DNA of 64,000 nucleotides. Source: Octopus vulgaris (taxonomy: Eukaryota). A program made the position numbers and the translations under genes. Below are positions 13,340-26,829 of this stretch, piece after piece. The first letter of the stretch is position 1. Each line of letters begins with the position of its first letter. The notes below the pieces were generated by a model that worked only from the letters and a program-made list of their open reading frames with translations, made no database searches and was not told the DNA's origin. The stretch is from assembly GCA_951406725.2 (NCBI GenBank), contig OX597822.1, positions 79,856,001-79,920,000 on the forward strand, written 5' to 3'.

Positions 13340-13675
13340 CTGCGTAGTGCTTTTTATATTTTGATAAGCCTGGTACTTATTCTATCATTTTCTTCTTGTG
13401 AAACCAGTAAGTTATGGGAATGTAAATAAACGAACACCAGTTGTGAAGCGGTGATGAGGGAGAAACACATAGACACACACATAGACTTACATATATGCAT
13501 ACATATACATATAATTGATTTCTTTCAGTTTCTGTCTACAAAATCCGCTTACAAGGCTTTGGTTGGTCTGAGGCTATAGCAGAAGAAACATGCCAAGTTA
13601 CCACACAGTGGGACTGAACTGAGGACCATGTGTTTTGGAACGAAGTTTGTTACCACACAGCCACACCTGCACCTA
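13340..13675 (-). mobile_element. tRNA-derived SINE (cephalopod OK-like), partly duplicated at about 10110-10398
   Basis: Similar to 23059-23460 and 55413-55800 (ccacacagccacacctg head, gggactgaac B-box complement). Confidence 0.7.
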
Positions 13676-14138
13676 TGTATGTGTGTATGGGTGTATATAT
13701 GTATGCATGTAAATATATGTATATATATGTGTACGTATTACATGTACATCTATATATACATATATATACATATACATCTAGACATGCATGTATATCTATA
13801 GAAATACATCTATACATATACAGCTATACATATACATGTATACATATACAGCTATATTTATACATGTATATATATATATATATATATACATATATATGGC
13901 TAATAGGTTAAATGAGATATACCTGTCTTCATGGCCGAAACAGCTGTCAGCTACAATGTAAATGTATTTTTATGTCTTGTTATATTTATTTAGTTATATT
14001 TCACCATATTGATTGTAATTATTGTACTGTATTAATGAATAATATCTTTGCTATTGTGTAGTGTTTAATAAATTATATGATGCGGTATTATCTGATAGTT
14101 GATGATTGATTTAGATATATTTCTCCATTTTCTCATTT

Positions 14139-14186
<48 letters not shown>

Positions 14187-14187
<1 letters not shown>

Positions 14188-15065
14188 TAGCTCAAGGTGA
14201 CCCGCTCTACGCGCGGGTAAGAGTGTGGTTCTCACTTTCTGTCTTTTATCACCACATTCTCCCTCTTTGTTTCTCTCTCCTTTCTCTCTCACTTTCCCAC
14301 TCTCTTACTCTTCCTTTCTCTTGGACTCTCCCTCACTTTCTCTTACTCTCAATCTTTCTCTATCTATCTCTCTCCCATTTATAAACAACAAAAGATCTTG
14401 AGTAAGTTGAGAAAGTAAAATATTTTGAAAGATCAATCATAAATATCAGGCAGTGACAACGGAAAGGTCTGCTTCAAGGCAGACAGCAAAACACTAACAT
14501 TTAAAAGAGACAGACGAACTTGCGAGCTGAATAAAAAAAAATATTGGAAACGAAACTTTGAAGGGATAGAATCTGAGGATAGTAGAGTCACCATGGCTGG
14601 CATTTCTTAACGACGGACAGCAACGTAGTGGCAGTTTAACGGCTGGCATAAAATTTTGAACTTGATGTAAAAGAAAATTCCTAAACACCAAGCTTTGAAG
14701 TGATTCTTTCTCACGACAGTAGACTCACCATGGCAAGCATTCAAAACTTCTTCATGATGGACGGCAACACATTGACGATTTAAAGGCTGGCGCAAATTTT
14801 TTAGCTTCATGTAACAAAGAATTCCTAAACACCCGCTCCTGTAAATTTTAATCCCCTTCAAGCCCCATTTAGACCTCTTTTCACATTTTGGTTAATATAA
14901 CCCGATTTCATTCGGGTCTACTCGGGTCACATTTTATAAGATGAGGAATTTTGTCCTAGAGGTCACGCCTTTCATTTGAGGAAAAAAATAGTTGCCATGC
15001 AAACTCGTCAGCACTTTTAACATAGGTGTGCATATTTTCAGCACAACCGACTACATAATGCACAC

Positions 15066-15113
<48 letters not shown>

Positions 15114-15519
15114 TTATATATATATATGTGTGTGTGTGTACGCATTATATATACAAATGCATACAAATAAATTAAATTAGAGATAAAACCACTATTAGGC
15201 AACTCAAACAGTGAAAACATAAACGAAAACATAAAAATAAAAATATAATATACAAAACATATAAAATATAAAATTAAAAAATTTAAATTATTTAAATTAA
15301 AAATTAAAATTACTAATTTATATTTATAACTTTTTAAAAAATATATATAACTATCAAAAAGTATTAAAAAGTTTAATATACATATTTATATATAGAACAC
15401 ACACACACACACACACATATATATAAATTAACCCAATAAATATCTGATTCATAATATTTGTTCTCATGATTGTGTGGTGGTGGTGGCGATGATAATTCTC
15501 TCTATGAATGCAGAACGAC

Positions 15520-15559
<40 letters not shown>

Positions 15560-15949
15560 TGAAAGCGCTGTTGAAGGCGGGGAGGGGGAGATATAGAACG
15601 CTGTTTGACGACGTTATAAAGAGAAATTGAAGGGAAGTTAGACGCTAAACGACGTTATATATAGAAAGTGATGGGAAGGGATGAAAGAGAGTGAGTGACG
15701 GAGAAAGACAGATACATAAAACAATGAGAGTAGAATTGTCAAAGTTTGTTTTTGGCCCTAGCAACGACACCTTTTAAGATGGGGATTTCTAACCTAGCTC
15801 ACTGGCATCCTCACCTAATTTTACATGTCCCTGTAAATTTTGGAGTCAATCCGACGGGATCTAGTGGCCTTTAACCTGTTCTCAATGCCAAAACCAGACA
15901 AACAAACAAACAAACAAACTTTTCGCATTTCAGATTTATAATATAGAGA
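14187..15949 (-). mobile_element. Non-autonomous Helitron
   Basis: Minus strand: 5' a|TCTCTATATTATAAA at 15949; 3' hairpin cccgcgcgtagagcggg followed by CTAG|t at 14187. Internal diverged 140-bp tandem pair at about 14550-14833. Confidence 0.7.
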
Positions 15950-15953
15950 TATA

Positions 15954-17514
15954 CTAGCATTATGACACGTCGTTGCCGGGTCATAGTGTTAGTGCATGTA
16001 TATATGTGTACATATTACATGTACATCTATATATATACATCTACACAAAATACAAAATACAAAGTTATATCTTGATATCGCTAGTGATAACAATACTCAA
16101 AATATATAACAGACTGTAATTGTAGGCCCATCTCTTGCAATTTCGATCAATTGTATCTTGGCCTCCCTCCTTCCTCTTGTGTGGCTACAATCCAGCCTAC
16201 CTCTACTTCTGGTGGGGGAGGGGGCATTTTAAATTTTTATCCGGGACGTCCTACAAAGGTATAAAGGTAAAAATAAAATATTTCCACTTTGCAAGGTTTG
16301 AGTCGAGTACTCCTTTGCACGCTCCGTTGACTCGAACCTTGCTTCTATTGTGGCGAATTTACCGCCTCTGGTTAGATATTTTTCATAGTCGCACCAAGAC
16401 ACTTTTCGATGGTGCTTTCCTCCAGGTGTTCAAATCTTTTTTTTTTCTCTACATTGTATACTGTATAGACAATAGTCTTTTCTTTAATTTAATTTTTTAT
16501 TTCGTTTGGTGGTGTTATCTTAGAGTTACCGGCTTTGTAGGTGATCAATCCGAAGTAGCTTTGTATTTCTTCCATTTTAATCTTAATGAGTTCGCGCCCG
16601 CCGACGGCTGCAGCGAAATTCATTTTTGGACTTTCTTCAATCGCAGGCATTCTAACAAAAATGCTTCCGTGTAAACGGTGAAAATATTCTCAATTTCCCC
16701 AAACAGGGACACAATTCCATTTTTAAACAATAACCAAAGCTCCTACTCCCAAAGGGGAAGGGTTACAGTTTACAATTATTTAACAAATGCAACACAACAA
16801 CGTTTCCCTTACGAGGAACCAACAAACGTGATAACAATAGTTAAACAGTAATAATAATAACAACAAATCTTACGGTGAATCAAAAAGTGGTACGCAGTTG
16901 AAGCTATAGTCCTTTATGTATAAGAAATAAACCAACAGCAGTACTCAGTAGAAGCGGCTGTTGGAGAAAACAGATATTACATACAGCCAAACTTCATATA
17001 GATACTTAATGCTAGCTAATTAGCAGATAATCTTATGTAAAAGCCGTGGTAAACGGTATGTGCACAACTCCATCTGGACTATTCCATTTCTACACGCTAA
17101 TTTTATTTTTAATATATTCCCATTCATGTAAAACCACTTATTCAAGTTCAAGTCATTGGTGTCATTTTATACCAATTGCTATTTTTACTTTTGTTATGTT
17201 ACGATTATATTATACTTTAGTTTGATTTTAATTATTATTTACTATATATAATTCAATTGTTATTATTATCTCTAATTTGTATTGTTAAAGTGAAAGTATC
17301 TGACATAAAGTAGTGAAATGTTTTTGTTTCACTTTTAACACGTAATACTGAAATAGTGGAGAAGATATGATAGGCAAGAAGTTGAACATTTTTTTGCCGA
17401 TGACACTCCCCGGACTCTAAGTAAGGCATGTATAAAATTTGAATGAAATTGGTTGTGTAGTTCTCAAGTTTTAGGGAAACACACAGAGACAGACAGGCAG
17501 ACACACATTATCAG

Positions 17515-17530
<16 letters not shown>
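15954..17530 (-). mobile_element. Second non-autonomous Helitron-like element, adjacent to the first
   Basis: CTAG at 15954-15957 next to imperfect hairpin atgac...gtcat. The 5' region (tatatgaaactgataatgtgtgtctgcctgtc...caaccaatttcattcaaatttt) merges into (TA)n. Confidence 0.55.
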
Positions 17531-17580
<50 letters not shown>

Positions 17581-17755
17581 GTTTAAATATTTGTTGTGCA
17601 AGATTTTTTATGTGAAGTCGTGTGTTGAAACAGATATTGTTATATTTCGGAATGGTCATATTGCCAGTTTAGCCAATAAAAACACACGCACTATATATTT
17701 GGTGTTATTTTGCTTCAGTGATATTTATTTTTTACATTAATCTTAATCTTATTAC

Positions 17756-17799
17756 GGCCAAAGTTCTTTCGTCACACTCCTGTGACCGCATCAGTGGTC
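17756..17799 (-). ncRNA. Type I hammerhead variant (A9C family), copy 1
   Basis: gacca-CTGATGC-G-GTCACA ggag TGTGAC-GAAA-gaac-TT-tggcc. Confidence 0.55.
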
Positions 17800-19602
17800 C
17801 TTTGTTTTCTTCTCACATACTTGTGTCTCTCTTTACTAACCGTCAGCCATTTTGTAGTTCTATTGTATGTCTTCATTTGCGCATGCTTATATCTCTATGT
17901 GCGTCTATGTTTATTTAGTGTGTGTGTGGGGGGGATGCCTGTAATATTTGTATCTTCTGGTTATATACATTCTTGTAATTTGTATTTTGTTTTTGTTGTT
18001 GTTGCTTTTGTTCTAATTTTGTTCATGTGTTTACATCCACCCATTATTATCATTACATATGCTTGTATGTATGTATAACAACAATATTAGTAATAATAAT
18101 AATAAATCTAATCGAAAAAAAAAAAAAAAGAATATACATATACATATATATATACATACATATACATATACATATATATATATATATACATATATACACA
18201 CATATATACACATATACATATACATATATATACACATACATATATATAGATATTCATTTCTATTTCTTTAATTACCTGTGTATTTATTATGTTTGCAGGA
18301 TCCACTATTGTCATATGTTGTGGTGTGCGCTATTGCTCCATTCTAGTTTTCTATTCAGGCTAGGTTTATTTTCTATTATATGTGTAGCTTCTGTAATTTG
18401 TCTAATTGTTGCATCTGTTCTATGTGTGGACAATATCTTAATCTCTATGTTATTGATTGATCCCCCGTGTTCTTGTTCGGCGTGTTTGTACAGAATCGAT
18501 GAGCTTTTACCTTCCTTGAGTTGTCTCCAATGTTCATTCACCCGCTCACCAATGCTTCTTGCAGTTTCCCCTACGTATGTTACTGTCTTGTTACTGCATC
18601 GTCCCTCTATACATCTTATACTATAGACCACATTTCTGGCTTTACAGTTCGTTTGTGGGCTAAATCTACATACAGTGCAATAGTTATCCGTACAGAGAGT
18701 TCTACTAAAAGGATAGCTTCTACCAATTATAGATCTGATAGGGTTGCCTGGCTTTTCAACAACCTTAATTCTTAGTTTAAGTTTATCTAGGGTCCTTCTA
18801 AAGCGGTACGCTAGTTCACCTCCAGGGGTGGTGTCAACGAACATGACACTCTGGTATTTATGAATGAACATTGGAGACAACTCAAGGAAGGTAAAAGCTC
18901 ATCGATTCTGTACAAACACGCCGAACAAGAACACGGGGGATCAATCAATAACATAGAGATTAAGATATTGTCCACACATAGAACAGATGCAACAATTAGA
19001 CAAATTACAGAAGCTACACATATAATAGAAAATAAACCTAGCCTGAATAGAAAACTAGAATGGAGCAATAGCGCACACCACAACATATGACAATAGTGGA
19101 TCCTGCAAACATAATAAATACACAGGTAATTAAAGAAATAGAAATGAATATCTATATATATGTATATGTGTATATATATGTATATGTATATGTGTATATA
19201 TGTGTGTATATATGTATATATATATATATGTATATGTATATGTATGTATATATATATATGTATATGTATATTCTTTTTTTTTTTTTTCGATTAGATTTAT
19301 TATTATTATTACTAATATTGTTGTTATACATACATACAAGCATATGTAATGATAATAATGGGTGGATGTAAACACATGAACAAAATTAGAACAAAAGCAA
19401 CAACAACAAAAACAAAATACAAATTACAAGAATGTATATAACCAGAAGATACAAATATTACAGGCATCCCCCCCACACACACACTAAATAAACATAGACG
19501 CACATAGAGATATAAGCATGCGCAAATGAAGACATACAATAGAAATACAAAATAGCTGACGGTTAGTAAGGAGAGACACAAGTAAGTGAGAAGAAAACAA
19601 AG

Positions 19603-19646
19603 GACCACTGATGCGGTCACAGGAGTGTGACGAAAGAACTTTGGCC
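19603..19646 (+). ncRNA. Type I hammerhead variant (A9C family), copy 2
   Basis: Same motif as 17756-17799, sense to the + arm GIY-YIG fragment. Confidence 0.55.
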
Positions 19647-19760
19647 GTAATAAGATTAAGATTAATGTAAAAAATAAATATCACTGAAGCAAAATAACAC
19701 CAAATATATAGTGCGTGTGTTTTTATTGGCTAAACTGGCAATATGACCATTCCGAAATAT

Positions 19761-20875
<1,115 letters not shown>

Positions 20876-21959
20876 CTTTATATTACTTTATTTAAAGCAG
20901 CAGAAAATTCAACAAAACCTGTTACTCTGAGTAGATAATAACCTGCACAAATGATTTGCTTATAATTATTTAAATGTTTATGTTGTACGTTAGCTAATCC
21001 TCTCAATGAAATCCAGTCCAGGAATTGAAACCACGATGAAGTGATCGTTAGTAAAACACGCTGACTACATACATACATACGTACATACATACATACATAC
21101 ATACATACATACATACATACATACATACATACATACATGCATGAACATACATACATATATACATACATGCATGAACATACATACATATGTACATACATGC
21201 ATGAACTTACCTACATACATACATACATACATACATACATACATACATACATACATACATACATACATACATACATACATACATACATACATACGTGTGT
21301 TGAAATATCTAGAATATCTGACAAATAATAATCTCAATTTCCAAGAGTTATTTCCCTTGTGTTTAAGGGAAATAACGCATGAATATTTTGAAAGAAACTG
21401 GAATCTGATGTAAATGTTTTTTTGATTAATTCTTTTATTCGATTCAGTCATTAGAACAACCGACAATGCCCTCGCACAGGCTTGAAGAATTTTAATTGAA
21501 CAATACGAACACGAATGAATCGTCCAAGAGTGGACTGCAGCTGGTAAAGGCTGTGTGAAGATAACTAAGACGGTCAGTGAATCTTTGATGATGAGAAACA
21601 AACAAAAACGTAAAGCACAAACACACACACACATACACACGCACACACACACACACACACACACGCGCACACACGCACACACACACAGACACATAGACAC
21701 ACACACACCTAACACACATACACGCATACACCTAACAGACATACACGCACACATACGCACATATACACGCAAGCGCGGTTGACGATAAAATTTTTGATGG
21801 TCACAACCAGAACGTCTTCGATAAGGGCTAACAACCAGATCAACAAAGCAACAAAAAATTGAAAAAAGAAACAGAATCGATACAAACAAACAATATGTGT
21901 ATAGGGAGAAGGTGTCAAAAATGTAGAGTCTTTGGAATTTGGGATGAGACAATGGCAGA

Positions 21960-22460
21960 CGTTGTTGCATAATGTCCCAAGTGGGTGCAGGGAAAAATAA
22001 GAAATGGCGGCTATGAGAGTTTACTCTTGAAGCTTCGTCAGAAATGGGGGATTTGAAGCTGGAGGTACATGGTGTGATCATTGGGTCGAAAGAATGCTGG
22101 AGTCGGTGAAATGTAAGATTTTATGGGATTTTCCTATTCACACGCTTAAGAAGCTAGAAAATAAAATACCAGGCATAACAATAACCGACAAGGAAAAACG
22201 AAGCTGCTTCTTATTGATTCATCATGTCCGTTTGATTCCAGGATTTTACAGAAAAAGGATAAACTACAAAGAAGCATAATCCCTTATAATTTGAAATTGC
22301 AATAATATGGAATATGAACACTCTACAGGAAGTTTGCCTTTTAAGGACAGAAAAGATTATCAAGAGGGTTTTAAGCCCTTGAAAGAGAATTGAAAGCTTG
22401 TAGCTAAGGTTACAGGTAATAAGCCGCTACCCACCTGAATTCTACAAGGGATAAGAACAA
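21960..22460 (+). mobile_element. RLE-type (R4/Dong/NeSL-like) LINE 3' remnant
   Basis: KCKILWDFPIHT...KIPGITITDKEKRSCFLL, a degenerate ILWD...RPD..DK...C.IID restriction-like endonuclease motif. Confidence 0.6.
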
Positions 22461-22772
22461 ATATTCCTCCTCCTCTTCCTTGTGTTCTTGCTCATGAACA
22501 CAACACGCCGCCCGGTCTAGGAACTGAAACCCCGATCTCGCGTTGTCAGTGCACTATCTGAACCGCTAGGTCAGGCACCCTCAATAATAATAATAATAAT
22601 CCTTTGTACTATAGCCACTAAGTTTGAAATTTTGGGGGGGGAGGATAGTCGATTACATCTCGCCCAGTACTCAACGGGTACCTATTTTAATCGACCCCGA
22701 AAATATGAAGGTCAAATCGACCTGGTGGAATTTGAACTCAGAATGTCAGGGCGAAGGAAATGCCGCTTAGCA

Positions 22773-22843
<71 letters not shown>

Positions 22844-22980
22844 TAATAATAATAATATATGTGGAGATGGAGAAGAATCAACAAATCATATTGTCTCTGG
22901 CTGCCCAGTCCTGGCTAAGAAGGAATATATTTACAGACATGACACAGTTGGCAACTATATACACTGGAAGCTATGCCTCT
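22773..22980 (+). mobile_element. (TAA)n run joined to an R4/Dong-like CCHC fragment
   Basis: ICGDGEESTNHIVSGCPVLAKKEYIYRHDTVGNYIHWKLC directly follows the (TAA)n run at 22773-22857. Confidence 0.7.
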
Positions 22981-23058
22981 ATGGAGAGGAACTTTCTAGA
23001 TGCATCCCATGGTCATTCATAACCGAAGGGTGTCTTTACCCTTTATTACTCTTTACAC

Positions 23059-23460
23059 TTTTACTTGTTTCAGTCATTTGACTGCGGCCATGCTGGAGCA
23101 CCGCCTTTAGTCGAGCAAATCGACTCCGGGGCTTATTCTTTGTAAGCCCAGTACTTATTCTATCGGTCCCTTTTGCCGAGCCGCTAAGTGACAGGGACGT
23201 AAACACACCAGCATCAGTTGTCAAGCAATGCTAAGGGGACAAACACAGACACACAAACATATACACACACATAAATATATATATATACATATATACGACA
23301 AGCTTCTTTCAGTTTCCGTCTACCAAATCCACTCACAAGGCATTGGTCGGCCCGAGGCTATAGCAGAAGACACTTGACCAAGATGCCACGCAGTGGGACT
23401 GAACCCGGAACCATGTGGTTGGTAAGCAAGCTACTTACCACACAGCCACTCCTGAGCATA
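23059..23460 (-). mobile_element. tRNA-derived SINE (OK-like), near full length
   Basis: Closely similar to 35300-35710 (-) and 55413-55800 (+). Confidence 0.85.
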
Positions 23461-23559
23461 TATATATATACATATACTCAAACATATTAGTGGTACACAG
23501 TAAATATAATAGATCCCACTTTTTATCCTCAGTTACATATCGACGCTTAAAACTGGCAT

Positions 23560-23980
23560 CTCGAGGATTTTTCCAGCAGCTGTGTGCAAATGTATACACA
23601 CGTTGAGTCTGGTCATTGTCCAGAATACTAGGAGCTTCTCGACAGCATCTGTTCGTAAGCCCGAGCTTATGGAGGTGTCGATGTTGTTTTGTGAAGGAAC
23701 AAGTTCAACCGTCGAAGCAAGAGTACTTGTGATTAGTTGTTATTTAACCATTTCAAGTGAGGCCTCATCTTCCACAACAAATGGTCACCCTGACCTCGGT
23801 TTGTCTTCGAGGCTGGTGTCACCTTCCTTTTGTGTCACACGTTCATTGATAGTTTCTGGGCCTTTCACATCATTAATTTCCTTTGCTGCTGCCCTTACTC
23901 TCAGGTTTTCTTTTTACTACGGGTAACGGAAACGGCTCTGATTGCAATTTCTCCACCACTCATTATCAAATCTGTAAAAT
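23560..23980 (-). mobile_element. Mariner transposase N-terminal remnant
   Basis: Minus strand near 23790-23815 encodes SLEDKPRSG*P, the HTH-proximal GRP motif of mariner transposases, decayed. Confidence 0.5.
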
Positions 23981-24137
23981 AAAGAATACACAGTTAATGA
24001 CAGGACAGGAGGAGACACGTGGGATGGATGGATGCTGAAAGATGTGTGACGGAAGATTTCAGACAAAGGACAGATGTATTAACCAAGTGTATTGTAAGTG
24101 TGGTTAATTAGCAAAACTGTGACTGTCTACAAATATA

Positions 24138-24194
<57 letters not shown>

Positions 24195-24440
24195 GGATGT
24201 GTGTGTACGTGATTGTAGTTTATGCACATCCACAAATTAGCACGCATGTCGCTCAAATTTTAGGAGGACATTCGTCACGATCCCAGCTGTATTTTCGTCA
24301 AATTATTTTTCCCCGAGGCACCCGCGAATAGCGGTAAATAATTTTGAGCCATAACTTCTAAATTTCTACGGCGGGGAAACCCACCATTATTTACAAAGCA
24401 AACATCAGTTAAGTCCCCTCCTAGCGACAGTGTAAAGAGA

Positions 24441-24484
<44 letters not shown>

Positions 24485-24649
24485 TAACAGATTTTTAAAA
24501 TCTAGTCTTTTTACTGGCAAAAACAGACAGACAGGTGTTGTTATGTATGTATGTATGTATGTATGTATGTGTGAATGGCTTCAGTCACACATACACACAC
24601 ACGAGCATATATGCGTAGAAAACACATGTATGCAATGTGTGTGTTGCCC

Positions 24650-24699
<50 letters not shown>

Positions 24700-24701
<2 letters not shown>

Positions 24702-24978
24702 CGGAAATGTACTCGCATAGCAAGTAATTTGATCTGAGATCGTGTGCTGAAACGAAAACAATTGCAGCGTGGAAGGTGTTTATAAGCCATTTAAGAAACA
24801 CACAAAAGCCATTCAATTCACTTCAACATTTAAGAGCACGGATTTTTGTCAGTGAACAGGTCGCGGATTTTAGCGACGAAAATATTTTGACAAATTAAAC
24901 TTAAATGTTGAAGTGAATCGAACGGCTTTTGTGTGTTTCTTAAATGGCTTATAAACACCTACCACGCTGCAATTGTTA
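24700..24978. mobile_element. Penelope-type inverted pseudo-LTR (arms about 24757-24833 and 24900-24977)
   Basis: aattgcagcgtggaaggtgtttataagccatttaagaaacacacaaaagcc and its reverse complement. TA-flanked, with a hammerhead in the spacer. Confidence 0.75.
24845..24894 (+). ncRNA. Minimal type I hammerhead with swapped G3:C8 core pair
   Basis: TTTGTCA-GTGAACA-G-GTCGC ggatttta GCGAC-GAAA-ATAT-TT-TGACAAA. 7-bp stem I, 5-bp stem II, palindromic AATATT stem III. Confidence 0.7.
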
Positions 24979-24982
24979 TATA

Positions 24983-25519
<537 letters not shown>

Positions 25520-25589
25520 TGTATATATATACAATATAAACGATATTCTCCCTTTCTCCACAACTTTCTCCACTGGGCCATTGCGCCTC

Positions 25590-25639
<50 letters not shown>

Positions 25640-25644
25640 TGTAT

Positions 25645-25760
25645 ATATATACAATATAAACGATATTCTCCCTTTCTCCACAACTTATTTCCAAATTAGC
25701 TGAATCCGTTGCTCTACTCATAGCGATATATAGCTGGTTGTGCGTGAACATGGGAGAGAT
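25645..25760 (-). pseudogene. Helitron PIF1-like helicase C-terminal remnant
   Basis: [23 protein letters not shown]...ENIVY matches helicase motif VI (F.HGQLYVA.SR) and the terminal N.VY motif of RepHel proteins. Confidence 0.7.
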
Positions 25761-26050
25761 CAGAGGTTACCAGAGCAAAAAACCTACGTGTTGACTGTAG
25801 ACACGCTCCTTCGCAAACGATCAGCTATTATTTTGTAAACAATGTTTCGAAACTGTTCATATTTTCGAAAGGAGAGATATGACTTTCACATCTCTGCGGA
25901 AGACGGTAGGCTTCTCTATTCCTGTTACAAAACGTACGTCCGGGTGCCAAATTTGCTTCAATTGATAGTGTTACTCGGGTAGGAGGTGGTAGTGGGACAG
26001 TGACAAGGGCAAAGGTGTGCAAAAACATGTATGCAATAGGTGTATGTACG

Positions 26051-26081
<31 letters not shown>

Positions 26082-26620
26082 TGCCCATATATATATAAAT
26101 ACTTAGTTGTAACCTGAACATAACCGCTTCTCACATAGAGGATCGTGGGCCCTTTTGGGCGTTCTAGTTTCCTTGCTGGAAGGGTTCTCAACCCATGGGC
26201 AAAGTGGGGCTACATGAAAAATATAACAAAAAACAATCGATGAGTGGAAAAAATCGATAAACCGATTCCTTATGGGATTTCCCAATCAAATTGTCTCCAA
26301 AATTTCAGCCAAAAGTTTACCAATTTCAACGGATTTCATTCAAATTTGACGTCGATGTTACTTAGTTTGCTTTGAAATAAAGAGCTTGATTAGACTAATA
26401 ATCCTAACTTAATCCCGAGCAAAGCCGGGCTATACTGCTAGTATATATAAAAAATGTTTGTATGTTATTTGTGAAAACATTGAATAAACGATTCAATAAT
26501 GATTGGACGGCAATTTGCATCAAATTAATGATGTAGCATGGTGATACAAGTTGCCAAAAAGATTATCGATGATAAATCCCAAAAAAACTTTTGATTCAAC
26601 CTCGTCTCTCTCTCTCTCTT

Positions 26621-26697
<77 letters not shown>

Positions 26698-26829
26698 GCC
26701 CGTGGGTTCTGACTAGATCTCGGGTTCGTATCTGGGGCCAGCGTGTTCTTGGGTTTCTCTTACGCCTGTCACCGCGGGAGCATTTTTCCATCTTTCCGTC
26801 AGTTGCAGTTTGTTTCCTTGCTTGCATAT

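Larger units (their letters stand above)
17580..19766. mobile_element. Penelope-like element 3' end duplicated as a large inverted repeat (arms about 17630-18541 and 18861-19766)
   Basis: GIY-YIG endonuclease ORF 18311..18880 (-) with CKARNVVYSIRC...YVGETAR...RVNEH...PSLN. Its 3' half and pseudo-LTR repeat on + from 18861. TA-flanked. Confidence 0.92.

Noticed and set aside
13897-13953. Hammerhead 3' half (tggcc-GAAACAGCTGTC)
   Set aside because: The CUGANGA strand is missing, truncated by microsatellite, so it was not counted.
16135-16674. 179-aa ORF
   Set aside because: TTG start, no domain motif, and lies inside a Helitron-like element.
21300-21900. Possible decayed Penelope 3' end with a hammerhead remnant near 21780-21830 (-)
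   Set aside because: Core and stems too degenerate to support a call.
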